64,000 bases of DNA from Myxococcales bacterium UBA1203 (GTDB lineage Bacteria; Myxococcota; Myxococcia; Myxococcales; UBA5297), in the NCBI GenBank assembly GCA_002309695.1, contig DBXV01000025.1, forward strand, positions 154,032-218,031. Direction: 5' to 3'. Position 1 is the first letter of the stretch. Every line of letters begins with the position of its first letter. The notes beneath the pieces were generated by a model. The model was given only the letters and a program-made list of their open reading frames with translations. It made no database searches and was not told where the DNA came from. Made by a program: the position numbers and the translations under genes. Positions 49,910-59,714 of the stretch are shown here, one piece after another.

Positions 49910-50112
49910 GAAACGCGCGCGCATCGCACGCGCCCTCATCACAGAAATCGACAAAATCGAAACCGCGCGCCCCTCCGGCACGAACAGCGCCGCGGATGCA
50001 GACCAGTCAGAGCCCTGCCCCATCTCTCCCCGGGGCAGGGCCTCGTTTTTTTCGGCCGTCCGGAGCGGCCCTCATCCCCTTCATTTTCATTCACGAAAGA
50101 CGCACCACCGCC

Positions 50113-51018
50113 ATGACCGCCTTCAATGACCGCAGTTCGATGATCGGCGCCCTCGTCCGCGCCATGCCCTACATTCAGAATTACCGAGGCAAAACCTTCG
50201 TCCTCCAGGTCGATGGTCCCTTCTGCGCCGACCGCTCCGCTCAAAAGGAAATGGCCGAGCAGATTGGCGTTCTCTGCGGGCTGGGCATCCGCGTCGTCAT
50301 GGTTCACGGGCCGGGGCCGCAGGTCGATTACCTCGCCGATCGGCTCAATCTCAGCGGCCGCTTCGTGGACGGGCAGCGGGTCACGGACGATGTCGCGCTC
50401 GACCTGCAGATGATGGTCTGCGCGGGGATGATTAACGTAGGGATGCTCTCCGCCTTCCGCGGCGCGGGCGTTCCCGCCGTCGGCATCACCGGCATTGACG
50501 CGGGGCTCATCACGGCGCGGCAGCGGGCGCGGATGCCTCATCTGAATCTGGCGCCCGAACAGGACCTCATCGGCGAGGTCGTCAGCGTGGACGCGCGGGT
50601 TCTGAACTCTCTCCTCGACGGCGGCTTTGTGCCTCTCGTCTGCCCGCTCTCGTCAGATGCCCACGGCGAGGTGCTTTCTCTCGAAACGGGCGATGTCAGC
50701 GCCGCCATCGCCGGTTCTCTCCACGCCGAAAAGCTCATCCTGCTCACCGAGCTGCGCGGCCTCTGCGAGAACCCCGACGATCCCGACTCCGTCATTTCGT
50801 ACATCGATCTGGAAGGGCTCGAATCGCTGAAGATGCGCCGTCCGCTCGACGGCATCATGCGGCTGAGGACGCAGGCGGCCATCCGGGCGGTTCAGTCGGG
50901 AGTGAAGCGCGTCCACATGGTTGGCTACCGGCCCTACGGGAATCTCCTGGGCGAAATTTTCACCAGCGAAGGCACGGGCACGCTCATCGTGTCGGATGCC
51001 ACCCGGGCGCCGGACTGA
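50113..51018 (+). CDS. Amino-acid-kinase-fold protein related to ArgB / the ArgA N-terminal domain, with catalytic motifs substituted
   Basis: MPYIQNYRGKTFVLQVDGPF..., GIRVVMVHGPGPQVD, RFVDGQRVTD, C-terminal GVKRVHMVGYRPYGNLLGEIFTSEGTGTLI. See findings. Confidence 0.75.
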   Translation: MTAFNDRSSMIGALVRAMPYIQNYRGKTFVLQVDGPFCADRSAQKEMAEQIGVLCGLGIRVVMVHGPGPQVDYLADRLNLSGRFVDGQRVTDDVALDLQMMVCAGMINVGMLSAFRGAGVPAVGITGIDAGLITARQRARMPHLNLAPEQDLIGEVVSVDARVLNSLLDGGFVPLVCPLSSDAHGEVLSLETGDVSAAIAGSLHAEKLILLTELRGLCENPDDPDSVISYIDLEGLESLKMRRPLDGIMRLRTQAAIRAVQSGVKRVHMVGYRPYGNLLGEIFTSEGTGTLIVSDATRAPD

Positions 51019-51123
51019 CGGAGCTTTTTCAGCCGTCCTTTCCCCCTTGCCCCTGCTGCCGCGGCCGCCTAAAGCGCCCCGCTTTTTTTCCGGACCTGCA
51101 CCCCGGAGCTGGAGCGAGCGCAC

Positions 51124-51777
51124 ATGATTGTCGGATTTCCGAAGAACGTCGGCTGGATTGAGGTCATTTGCGGCTCGATGTTTTCGGGCAAAACCGAGGA
51201 GCTCATCCGCCGTCTGACGCGAGCCCGGATTGCCCAGCAGCACGTTCAGGTCTTCAAGCCGCGCATCGACGACCGCTACGACGCCGTCCGCATCGTCAGC
51301 CACTCCATGCAGCAGCTCGACTCGACCGTCATCGACAGTGCGGAGGACGTTCTGCGCTTCCTGCGGCCGGAAACTCAGGTGGTGGGCATCGACGAGGTTC
51401 AGTTCTTCGGCGCCGACATCGTCCACATCTGCGAATCGCTGGCGGACAAGGGCCTGAGGGTCATCGCCGCGGGGCTTGATCAGGACTATCGGGGGCGGCC
51501 TTTTGAGCCCATGCCTCAGCTGATGTGCGTCGCCGAATACGTCACCAAGGAGCTGGCCATCTGCGCCGTCTGCGGCAATCCCGCCAACCGCTCTCAGCGC
51601 ATCATCAGCAAGTCGGACCGGGTGGTCGTCGGCGCCGCGGGTGCCTACGAGGCCCGCTGCCGGAAGTGCTTCGTCCCCGAGCCGGTCGAGGCGAGCCTCT
51701 CGTCCAATCTGCGGCTCAACCTGAAACACGCGGACGAGCCGCCCCAGGCGCCCCGTCAGGAGCAGGAAACGGTCTGA
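51124..51777 (+). CDS. tdk: Thymidine kinase
   Basis: P-loop GSMFSGKTEELIRR. Zinc motif CAVCG...CRKC. Confidence 0.9.
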   Translation: MIVGFPKNVGWIEVICGSMFSGKTEELIRRLTRARIAQQHVQVFKPRIDDRYDAVRIVSHSMQQLDSTVIDSAEDVLRFLRPETQVVGIDEVQFFGADIVHICESLADKGLRVIAAGLDQDYRGRPFEPMPQLMCVAEYVTKELAICAVCGNPANRSQRIISKSDRVVVGAAGAYEARCRKCFVPEPVEASLSSNLRLNLKHADEPPQAPRQEQETV

Positions 51778-51826
51778 CGGAACTGCGCCCCGCCTGCCGA
51801 AGCCGGCGGTCCTCTCCCGGAACGCC

Positions 51827-53419
51827 ATGAAACTGAACCTCGCCACGCGGATTTTTCTGGGCAACGCGCTCGTCACGCTGACCTTCGGTGCGGTCTCCAT
51901 CTACAGCATTCTGGAGATGCGGCAGATCGGCCGGGAAATCCGCATCGTCTCCGACGGCTATCTGGCGCTGTCCAAATCGGCGGCGCGCCTGGACAGCTTC
52001 CACAAGAGCCGTCAGCGGGACACGGAGCGGCTTCTCGCCGAGAGCTCCCCGCAGACGCGCCAGGCGCTTCTCCGGATGGCCCAGGGGTATTTTCCCCAGA
52101 TGGTTCACGAGCGGCTGAATGACCTGACGGCCACGGCTCAGAGGGCGGCCGCCTCGGCGCCCAGGCGGGAGCAGCTCTTCCTCTACAATCTCATTGAGCG
52201 CTTCGCCGAGATTGGCCGTCTCTATGACAGCTATGAGGCCGCGGCCCGGACGGCGCAGGCGGCGCTCGCCGAAAACGGCTCTCTGGACCGGAACAGCGAA
52301 GCGGCCCGCAGCCTCCTCATCGAGGAAAAAAAGCTGGAGCGGGAAATTCAGGTTCTGACGCTGATGCTCGACATGCGCGTCGCTGACCGCGTCCGCCTGG
52401 CCGAGCAGCGCGAGCAGAAGAGCACGCTGGTCATCATCGCCCTGTCGATTTTCGCCATTCTGCTGGGGCTCACCGCCACGCTTCTCGCCGTCCGGCTTCT
52501 CAGGCCCATTCACGCGCTGACCATGGCCGTGCAGAAAATCGAGAGCGATCCCGGCGCGGACATTCGCTTTCCGATGGATACCGACGGCGAGATCGGCCTT
52601 CTGGCGCACGCACTGGACGACATGGAGCGCGCCCGCAAAGAGCGCGACCGGGAGCTGGCCGAAAAGCAGGAGGCTCTGGTGCGCGCCGAGCGGCTGGCGG
52701 CCATCGGGCGCATCAGCGCGCAGATCACCCACGAGATTCGCAATCCCCTGACCTCCATCGGGCTCAACACCGAGATGCTGGAAGAAGAGCTGTCCGGCAG
52801 CGAGAGTCTGGAAGAGGCGCGCAGGCTCCTCAGAGCCATCAGCCGCGAGGTGGACCGGCTGGGGGAGATTTCGGAGCAGTACCTGAGCTTTGCCCGCTTC
52901 CCGCAGCCGGAGCTCGCGCCCGTCAGCACAGCCGACTTTCTCGATGAGCTGATTGATTTCCACGAGTCGGAACTGGCCCGCGCGGGCGTGCGCATCGAGC
53001 GCAAATATGCCCGCAGCTGCCCCGGCATCGTCGCCGACGAAAATCAGCTGAAGCAGGCGCTCCTCAATCTGATGCGCAACAGCCGCGAAGCGCTGGTCCA
53101 CGGCGGCACGCTCACCATCGAGGCGCGCCCGCTGGTGACTCAGGTGGAAATCTGCGTCGCGGACGACGGACCCGGCATCGCGCCCGAGGCGGTCCAGCGC
53201 ATGTTCGACCCGTTTTTCTCGACCAAGGAACGGGGCACCGGACTGGGCCTGTCGCTGACGCAGCAGATTATCGCCGAGCACGGCGGGACCATCGAATGCG
53301 CGAGCGAGCTGGGGAAAGGCACCCGCTTCACCATCCGGCTCAGGCGGGCTCAGGACGGCTCGCTCCCGGAAAAGGACAGCTCCCGCGAATCGTCCGAAGG
53401 CACGAAGGCCGAAGCCTGA
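51827..53419 (+). CDS. Sensor histidine kinase (TM-periplasmic-TM-HAMP-HisKA-HATPase)
   Basis: H-box ISAQITHEIRNPLTSI, N-box LLNLMRNSREA, G-boxes DDGPGI and GTGLGL. No adjacent cognate regulator. Confidence 0.85.
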   Translation: MKLNLATRIFLGNALVTLTFGAVSIYSILEMRQIGREIRIVSDGYLALSKSAARLDSFHKSRQRDTERLLAESSPQTRQALLRMAQGYFPQMVHERLNDLTATAQRAAASAPRREQLFLYNLIERFAEIGRLYDSYEAAARTAQAALAENGSLDRNSEAARSLLIEEKKLEREIQVLTLMLDMRVADRVRLAEQREQKSTLVIIALSIFAILLGLTATLLAVRLLRPIHALTMAVQKIESDPGADIRFPMDTDGEIGLLAHALDDMERARKERDRELAEKQEALVRAERLAAIGRISAQITHEIRNPLTSIGLNTEMLEEELSGSESLEEARRLLRAISREVDRLGEISEQYLSFARFPQPELAPVSTADFLDELIDFHESELARAGVRIERKYARSCPGIVADENQLKQALLNLMRNSREALVHGGTLTIEARPLVTQVEICVADDGPGIAPEAVQRMFDPFFSTKERGTGLGLSLTQQIIAEHGGTIECASELGKGTRFTIRLRRAQDGSLPEKDSSRESSEGTKAEA

Positions 53420-53446
53420 ACCTGCCGGACCGATGGCGCGAAGCCG

Positions 53447-54421
53447 TCAGCGCGCCTGGACGTTGAAGGCCAGAGAGATGTTGGCCTGCTCGCCGCTGTA
53501 AGCCGGGAACTTCCAGGTCGAGAGCGTCTTGAACATGCACTTGTAGAGCTCGCTCCCGCTGTCCTTGTACTCGTAGTGGTCAATCCAGAGCTTGGAGACC
53601 CGGCCCGCGTTGGAAATGGTGAATTCGAGGGGAATGCGCGCGGACCAGTTGGGATTGCTCTCGCTCTGGCGATGGGCCTCGGCCGTCAGGCAGGGATGAA
53701 GCGTCTTCTTCTTGCTGGCCACGATGCGCTGAATCGCCTCCTCGTCCCATTCCTGCTGACTGGCCAATCCGTCCCGCTCGCTCCTGCCGGACGGCCGCGC
53801 CGCGCTCCGGGAGGCCTGCGGAGACTGCTTCCGCGCGTCGCCGGGACGTGCCGCGGACGCCACCGCCGTTCCCTGCGCCGGCTGCTGGGCCTGAGCCGCT
53901 TTGCCCGAATCCTGACCGGGCTTGCCGCCCACGGGATAGGCCATGCCCTCGTCGTCGTCGCCGGCCGCGCTCCGCACCGACGCCAGAGCAATCACCGGCA
54001 TTTCGTCCGTGATGATGGGGTCGGGCAGAACAACTTTCCGCTCCCACGGGCGATTGACGGCCAGCCACCTCGCGCCGAAGCCGATGAGCAGAACGCCCAC
54101 AATGGACACCAGAACGATGGCGGCCACATTGAGGCCCGCCGCCTTGCGCCGCGTGCTGACCGCATCCCGGTGCTGTGCCTCGACCTTCTGCCGCGCCCCC
54201 GCCTTGGCCAGGGCCACCATGAACAGAGGGTCTTCGCCGATGGGATGGAACTCGCTGCCGCTCCCCTGCTGGCAGACGACCGCAGTGTCGCCCACGTTTC
54301 CGGCCTCGATTTCCTCAATCAGGTCTTCGTAGGCCACGGGCCCCAGCAGAAGGTCGTGCTGCTTGTAGAGCCAGAAAGTCCCTTCACCGCCGGCAGGCCG
54401 TTCGCTCGTGGCGTCGCTCAC
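53447..54421 (-). CDS. Membrane-anchored protein: N-terminal GYF_2-like domain, TM helix, low-complexity linker, TonB-C/AgmX-like C-terminal domain
   Basis: FWLYKQHDLLLGPVAYEDLIEEIEAGNV. TM segment AAIVLVSIVGVLLIGF. C-terminal beta-rich domain ends ISLAFNVQAR. Confidence 0.55.
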   Translation of the reverse strand: MSDATSERPAGGEGTFWLYKQHDLLLGPVAYEDLIEEIEAGNVGDTAVVCQQGSGSEFHPIGEDPLFMVALAKAGARQKVEAQHRDAVSTRRKAAGLNVAAIVLVSIVGVLLIGFGARWLAVNRPWERKVVLPDPIITDEMPVIALASVRSAAGDDDEGMAYPVGGKPGQDSGKAAQAQQPAQGTAVASAARPGDARKQSPQASRSAARPSGRSERDGLASQQEWDEEAIQRIVASKKKTLHPCLTAEAHRQSESNPNWSARIPLEFTISNAGRVSKLWIDHYEYKDSGSELYKCMFKTLSTWKFPAYSGEQANISLAFNVQAR

Positions 54422-54479
54422 GTCAGTTCTCCTCAGCTCAGAGGTTCAAGACAGGGAATCTTTTTCAGGGATGAGGCGC

Positions 54480-55580
54480 TCAGCGCTTCGCTCGATGGCG
54501 TCCCCTGCTTCGGCTTTGGCCGGATGCGGACTGCCGCTTCGGCTTCGCGGGAGGGGGCGGCAAAAAAGGCGGCAGGCTGACGCCCCGGCGCTCCAGCTCT
54601 TCCAGCATCAGTCCGTCCCGCAGCCCGCGCCGGGCACCTCTGAATTTTTCCACCGAAAAATAGGCGGCCAGTTCCTGAAGCAGAATCGACCCGGCCACGA
54701 TGATTTCCGCCCGGCGCTCCTCGATGCCCCGCGTCTTGCGCCGCTGCTCCAGGCTCATGTGCGTCAGGCAGGCGCACGCCCTCGTCAGCTCCTGAAGCGT
54801 GAAGCGCGGCGAGCCCTGGAAATTTTTCTCCCGGGCGGCCTGCCCCGTCGAAGTGCTGACGCGGCGGCGGATGAAATTGCCCACGGCGCCGAAGGTTCCC
54901 GCGCTGCCGATGAGCAGGCGCACGGGCGCCAGCGAGGCGGGGATGCTGCGGCTGAGCTCAGCGCGGATGAACTCGCGCAGAGACGACTCATCCTCGTGAG
55001 AGAGCGGGTCCGTGCGGCAGAACATTTCGGTGAGGCGCGAGGACCCCAGAGGAAGCGAAACGCCCAGCTGAATGCGGCCGTCGCCGATGACGCTCACCTC
55101 GGTGGAGCCGCCGCCGATGTCCGCCAGAACCAGATTCCGGGGAAGCCCCGCGTAGCCGGTGAGCACGCCCCGGGCGATAATCTCGGCCTCCCGCTCGCCG
55201 CTGATGACTTCGACGGAAATGCCGGAATTTTCTTCGATGGCGCGGAGAACTTCGGCGCTGTTTCTGGCCTCGCGCAGAGCGCTGGTGGCCACAGCACGAA
55301 TGCCGTCCACGCCGCGGCCCTGGGCGGCCCTGGCAAAACGCGCCACGATTTTCACCACGGCAGAAGCGGCCTCGTCCGAGACCACGCCCGTGCGAAAAAC
55401 TTCGCTCCCCAGCCGCACCGTGTCCCGGTCATCGAGAACAACCGTGTGGCGCCCGTCCTCAAAGAGCCGCACCACCTGAAGCCGAATGGCATTGGAGCCG
55501 ATGTCGATGACGCCCAGGTGCGTGCGAACTGCGCTCTCGCTGGCCTCTGCGGCCTGGCTGTCCTTGGACGATTCGGTCAC
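54480..55580 (-). CDS. Ppx/GppA family phosphatase
   Basis: GVIDIGSNAIRLQVV and LADIGGGSTEV (ASKHA-fold phosphate motifs). Confidence 0.85.
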   Translation of the reverse strand: MTESSKDSQAAEASESAVRTHLGVIDIGSNAIRLQVVRLFEDGRHTVVLDDRDTVRLGSEVFRTGVVSDEAASAVVKIVARFARAAQGRGVDGIRAVATSALREARNSAEVLRAIEENSGISVEVISGEREAEIIARGVLTGYAGLPRNLVLADIGGGSTEVSVIGDGRIQLGVSLPLGSSRLTEMFCRTDPLSHEDESSLREFIRAELSRSIPASLAPVRLLIGSAGTFGAVGNFIRRRVSTSTGQAAREKNFQGSPRFTLQELTRACACLTHMSLEQRRKTRGIEERRAEIIVAGSILLQELAAYFSVEKFRGARRGLRDGLMLEELERRGVSLPPFLPPPPAKPKRQSASGQSRSRGRHRAKR

Positions 55581-55726
55581 TGGCGTGTCATTCCGACGGC
55601 GGGTGAAAAGCCTGAATACGGGGTGCTCCTCAGGAAAAACAGGCGCGCGCCCTTATTCAGTCCACCGGGCGCGGTCAACGGAGGAGGGCGGGCATCAGAA
55701 ACGCGGCGAGCATGCCCTCGCACGAG

Positions 55727-57424
55727 TCATTTCTCGGCCGGGACAGCACGCGCACGGCCGCTTCGGGGAGGCCGGTTCGGCGTCTGAGAAGTCTTCTTCC
55801 GGTAGAGGTGCCACAGGCCTGCCGACGCGATTTCCTCCACCTTCCGCGCATCCCGGCCGAAGACCGACTCGGGCGACGAATGACGAAGCAGATAGACGTC
55901 GTACCAGGCGGCCTCTTTGTTCCAGTCGTAGCGGTTCGGACGCCATTCCCACTTGGGAAGCGGCACCTCGCGCTTCCCCTTCTCCGAATAGTGGACGGGG
56001 AATGGGTCGTGGCGGGCCAGCGAAAAACTGGGAATGCCCCTCGTCCGCGCCGCGGCCAGCGCCGCGTAGTGCAGATAGGTCGCGCTCACGGCCACGCTGC
56101 TTCTGGGCTGCGTCACGAGGTGCATGATGCGGCTTCCCTCAGGAATGTGAGCCTGAACCGTCTCAAACTCGCGCGCCTCGGCGTCATAGCGATGGAAGAG
56201 AACGGCCAGATTCACGCCCGAATAGACGGCGAGCGCGGCGGCCGCGGCCACATAGATGCGAAACGTCTTCCCCCGGGGAAACGGCAGCGCGACAGCCAGG
56301 AGGAGCGCGGCCATCTGAGCGTAGCGGGGGTGAATCATGTACATGTAGCCGGTCACGTCGGTGGGCAGGCCGAAGTAGAAGCCCGCGGCCAGAAGGGCGA
56401 GCGCGTAAGGCCTGGCCCGCATCCGCCAGGTCCCGCCGGGCTCCTGCCTGTTCACGATGGCGAGGACGACGACCAGCACGATGACGGCCAGCCACACATA
56501 GAGCGCGGGCCGATCTGCCCAGCTCCAGAAGCCGCCCGCCAGAGTCGAGGGGATGTCCTTGAGGCGCTTCATCAGCGGCTGAAACACGTAGGTCTTCGCC
56601 TCAAAAAGGCCGCCCCGCGCCTGCCACTGACCCGTGCCGCGCTCCGGCGCGTGCCCCGAGGCCATGCTGGAGACCAGCCAGACGAGGAACAGGGCCACGC
56701 CGGGGACAACGGACAGGCAGGCCGCCCTGCGCCGGGAGAAATTTGAGGGCGTCAGGAGCAGCATCAGCGGCAGGGCGACGGCAGGAAAGACCATCGAGGC
56801 CGCGTGCGTCAGCTGGAGCATCGACAGGGAAACGGCAGAGCCGATGAAGAGCAGCATTCCGCGCCGCGTCTTCCAGCCGAACCCCTCGCTCTCCGCGTCC
56901 GATGCGCCCGCGTTCGCCGGTTCGAGAATGCGGACGAAGAAGGCGACCGACAGAAACGTCCACGGCAGCGAGGCCAGGAAGCTGAACAGTCCCCAGTAGA
57001 AATTGTAGGTGAACAGCAGGGGGAACGTCAGGAGCACCAGCCAGCGGCTCCGGCCCAGCGCCCTCGCCAGAACGAGCAGCGAAAGTGGGATCGCCGCCAG
57101 GTTCAGCGTGAGGAAGACGGTGAGCGCGGTCTCCAGAGGAAGCACCCTGGCCAGCAGATGGACGCCGTAATAGAAGACCAGATAGGTCCAGCCGGGCGCC
57201 TCCGTGAACAGGTCCCGAAAGGCGAAGTCCGGGGTCTTCAGCTCGTCCATCAGATTGATGAGGAACAGGTGCTGGGGCCAGTCCACGCACGGCAGGTAGC
57301 GGCCGACCCAGAGGGGCAGAACGGCAGCTGCGAGGCAGACCGCGAAGCAGATCGGGAACAGGTGCTTCAAAAGGAAAAAGGCGGCCGGCTGGCGCCCGCT
57401 GTCGGCGCGTTCAGAAAGGGACAT
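55727..57424 (-). CDS. Polytopic integral membrane protein (possibly a GT-C-type glycosyltransferase)
   Basis: More than 10 hydrophobic helices followed by a C-terminal soluble domain. Start placed at ATG 57424 (GGAG upstream) rather than TTG 57481. Confidence 0.55.
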   Translation of the reverse strand: MSLSERADSGRQPAAFFLLKHLFPICFAVCLAAAVLPLWVGRYLPCVDWPQHLFLINLMDELKTPDFAFRDLFTEAPGWTYLVFYYGVHLLARVLPLETALTVFLTLNLAAIPLSLLVLARALGRSRWLVLLTFPLLFTYNFYWGLFSFLASLPWTFLSVAFFVRILEPANAGASDAESEGFGWKTRRGMLLFIGSAVSLSMLQLTHAASMVFPAVALPLMLLLTPSNFSRRRAACLSVVPGVALFLVWLVSSMASGHAPERGTGQWQARGGLFEAKTYVFQPLMKRLKDIPSTLAGGFWSWADRPALYVWLAVIVLVVVLAIVNRQEPGGTWRMRARPYALALLAAGFYFGLPTDVTGYMYMIHPRYAQMAALLLAVALPFPRGKTFRIYVAAAAALAVYSGVNLAVLFHRYDAEAREFETVQAHIPEGSRIMHLVTQPRSSVAVSATYLHYAALAAARTRGIPSFSLARHDPFPVHYSEKGKREVPLPKWEWRPNRYDWNKEAAWYDVYLLRHSSPESVFGRDARKVEEIASAGLWHLYRKKTSQTPNRPPRSGRARAVPAEK

Positions 57425-57703
57425 GAAGGGGCTCCGGGGCGGAAAGGCGCGCGCTTCACCATTTTCAAAGGGCGGATTCAACGACCGGCGGCAGGGCTTT
57501 CCTTCGGGGCGGCTTTCTCTCCGCGGATTGTTGCTTCCGAAAGACAGCTTCCCGAAGATTGCGCGTCTTTTTCCGGGGGAAATCGGGGGAGTCCGGGCTG
57601 GAAGTCCATCATTTTTCAGGTCCGGCGCCCTGAGAGCCCCTGTGCACGCTGTTTCTCAAAGAAGCTGTCTTCCCCCTCCCCTCACCCTCACTCGGAGCAC
57701 GAC

Positions 57704-59509
57704 ATGGAACTGAAAAAACTCCCGAATCTGGCGCTCTTAAGTCTCGCTCTGGCGCTTCCGCTGGCGGCCTGCGGCGGCGACGATAATTCCAACTCGACCG
57801 ATCCCTGCGACGGCCGCTGCCTGTCCACTCAGGTCTGCGATGACGGCCAGTGCGTCGAATGCACCGCCAACGCTCACTGCCAGGCTCTCGATGCCCAGAA
57901 GCCCGTCTGCCGCATGAGCGACAACATCTGCGTTCAGTGCGTGACGAAGGACGACTGCGCCGTCGAGGGCTTCACCTGCAAAAACTCGCGCTGCATCATG
58001 GAAGACCCGTCGGGGCTCGACGGCGGCATCAACATTTCTGACGGCGGCGAGCCGGACGCCAACATCAACATTCCCGACGGCGGCGAGTCAGATGCCAACG
58101 ACGTGACGCCGGATGCCGGTCCTCAGCCCGAATGCACCGGGGATGAAGAGTGCCCGGGGACGGACGTCTGCGAGAATGAAAAGTGTCAGGTCTGCCGTCT
58201 GGGCACCTGCAACACAGCCGGAGATTCCAAATGCGCGGCGGACCTCAGCGGCGATACCGACTGGGAACTGTGCGAGTCGGGCGTCTGCACCGGCGGCTCC
58301 TGCCAGCCTGTGGATGACGGGATTGAGAAGGCGCGGGCGGCCGTTACCGGCAAAACTGACGCAGCGGTCAGCATCCCCATCAAAAATACCCTGGTCACCT
58401 ACGTGCGTGATGACGGCTTCTTCATCCAGGCTTCCCCCACCGGCCCGGCCATCTTCGTCAACAGCGATGCAGGCAGCGGCACCCCGGCAGTCGGCGATCG
58501 GGTCAGTCTGACGGCCACTTCCGTCAAAATGCACGAAGTCCGGCGCATCACCGCCTACGAAGACTATTCCAAGACCGCCTCCGGCACTGTCCCGGCCGCA
58601 TGGATTCAGGACTTAAGCGACGTTTCGGACATCACGACGGTCGAAAAATATGAGTCAGAACTGGTTGAGCTGGCGGCCACGCTCACCACGAACTTCAACG
58701 CACTGGGCAGCGCGGGGACTGGCTTCAAAAAAGCCGGCATCAAGACGGACGGCTACACACCGGCCACGCCCTCCATCGATTTCGTGCTGCGGCTTCCCGA
58801 AGACATCGCCGCCGCCATCACCAGCGAAGCCGCCAAACTGGGCAAAACGCCCGTGGGCTGCATCGTTTACGTCAGCGCCGGTCTGTACTGGGGCTATGAC
58901 ACCAGCACCTTCGCAGAGGCAGATGGCTGCACCAACAACTGCAACAGGAACGACACTCAGATCTCGATGTACAGCACGGACATCGGTGATTACCTCTTTG
59001 AATGCGCCAATGCCGAAGACGATCCCAACGCGCCTCCCGCCAACTTCGACGCTCACGAAAGCTGGAAAGGGCTGACCTCGGCCGACTCTGCCAGCACGGG
59101 AACCTTCAGCAGCCAGGACATTTCCGGGGTCACCTGGAGCTACAAAGCGCGCCCCATCGGTGCGACCACCAGCAACATGGCCTTCGAGCGGGGCATGGTG
59201 CTCGCCAGCGGCAATCACCTGACCTCCCCGGCCATCAGCGGCGGCATCAAGGAGCTGACAGTGGCCTTCGGCAAGGGCAGTTCCGCCAACAAGGCCCGCT
59301 GCATCCAGGTCACGGTGAACGGCACCACTTATAAGTCCAATCCATTCACCTCGAGCAGCGCGGCGCCCTACACACTGTTCAAAGTCCCCAACATCAACGC
59401 GGCCGGGTCCGCCAGCCCGACCATCAAAATCGAGATGAACAACACCGCAGACGATGGATGCACCGGAACTCAGCTGATGATTGGCGACATCTGGTGGACC
59501 AACAACTGA
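57704..59509 (+). CDS. Secreted lipoprotein: Cys-rich modules, DGG/DAN linker, OB-like segment, C-terminal beta-sandwich-like domain
   Basis: ATG 57704: MELKKLPNLALLSLALALPLAAC-GGDD lipobox. The upstream 300 codons of listed ORF 56804..59509 overlap the opposite-strand membrane protein gene and were rejected. Confidence 0.75.
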   Translation: MELKKLPNLALLSLALALPLAACGGDDNSNSTDPCDGRCLSTQVCDDGQCVECTANAHCQALDAQKPVCRMSDNICVQCVTKDDCAVEGFTCKNSRCIMEDPSGLDGGINISDGGEPDANINIPDGGESDANDVTPDAGPQPECTGDEECPGTDVCENEKCQVCRLGTCNTAGDSKCAADLSGDTDWELCESGVCTGGSCQPVDDGIEKARAAVTGKTDAAVSIPIKNTLVTYVRDDGFFIQASPTGPAIFVNSDAGSGTPAVGDRVSLTATSVKMHEVRRITAYEDYSKTASGTVPAAWIQDLSDVSDITTVEKYESELVELAATLTTNFNALGSAGTGFKKAGIKTDGYTPATPSIDFVLRLPEDIAAAITSEAAKLGKTPVGCIVYVSAGLYWGYDTSTFAEADGCTNNCNRNDTQISMYSTDIGDYLFECANAEDDPNAPPANFDAHESWKGLTSADSASTGTFSSQDISGVTWSYKARPIGATTSNMAFERGMVLASGNHLTSPAISGGIKELTVAFGKGSSANKARCIQVTVNGTTYKSNPFTSSSAAPYTLFKVPNINAAGSASPTIKIEMNNTADDGCTGTQLMIGDIWWTNN

Positions 59510-59545
59510 CAGAGAAAATCCCCCAAGTGCTGTGAATCACCCCAG

Positions 59546-59587
59546 GCGGCCCTCTTCCCACGCGGGAGGGGGCCGCTTCTTTTTTTC
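59546..59587 (+). terminator. Rho-independent terminator
   Basis: gcggccctcttccc-acgc-gggagggggccgc followed by ttcttttttt. Confidence 0.7.
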
Positions 59588-59714
59588 ACAGGCTCACAGG
59601 CGCTTTCCGCACCCGGCGGCGCAGGTTGACAAGGAATGGCCTCCCTCCAGAATTCGCCGCTTTTTTGAGTCCCCCCACACACATCACCCACTCACTCCTG
59701 AGGAGAAAACACCC

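Noticed and set aside
51716-53281. 521-aa ORF on the minus strand
   Set aside because: It is antisense to the sensor histidine kinase gene, which has H, N and G boxes.
56804-57703. 300-codon N-terminal extension of the lipoprotein ORF 56804..59509
   Set aside because: It overlaps the opposite-strand polytopic membrane protein gene. A canonical signal peptide and lipobox begin at ATG 57704.
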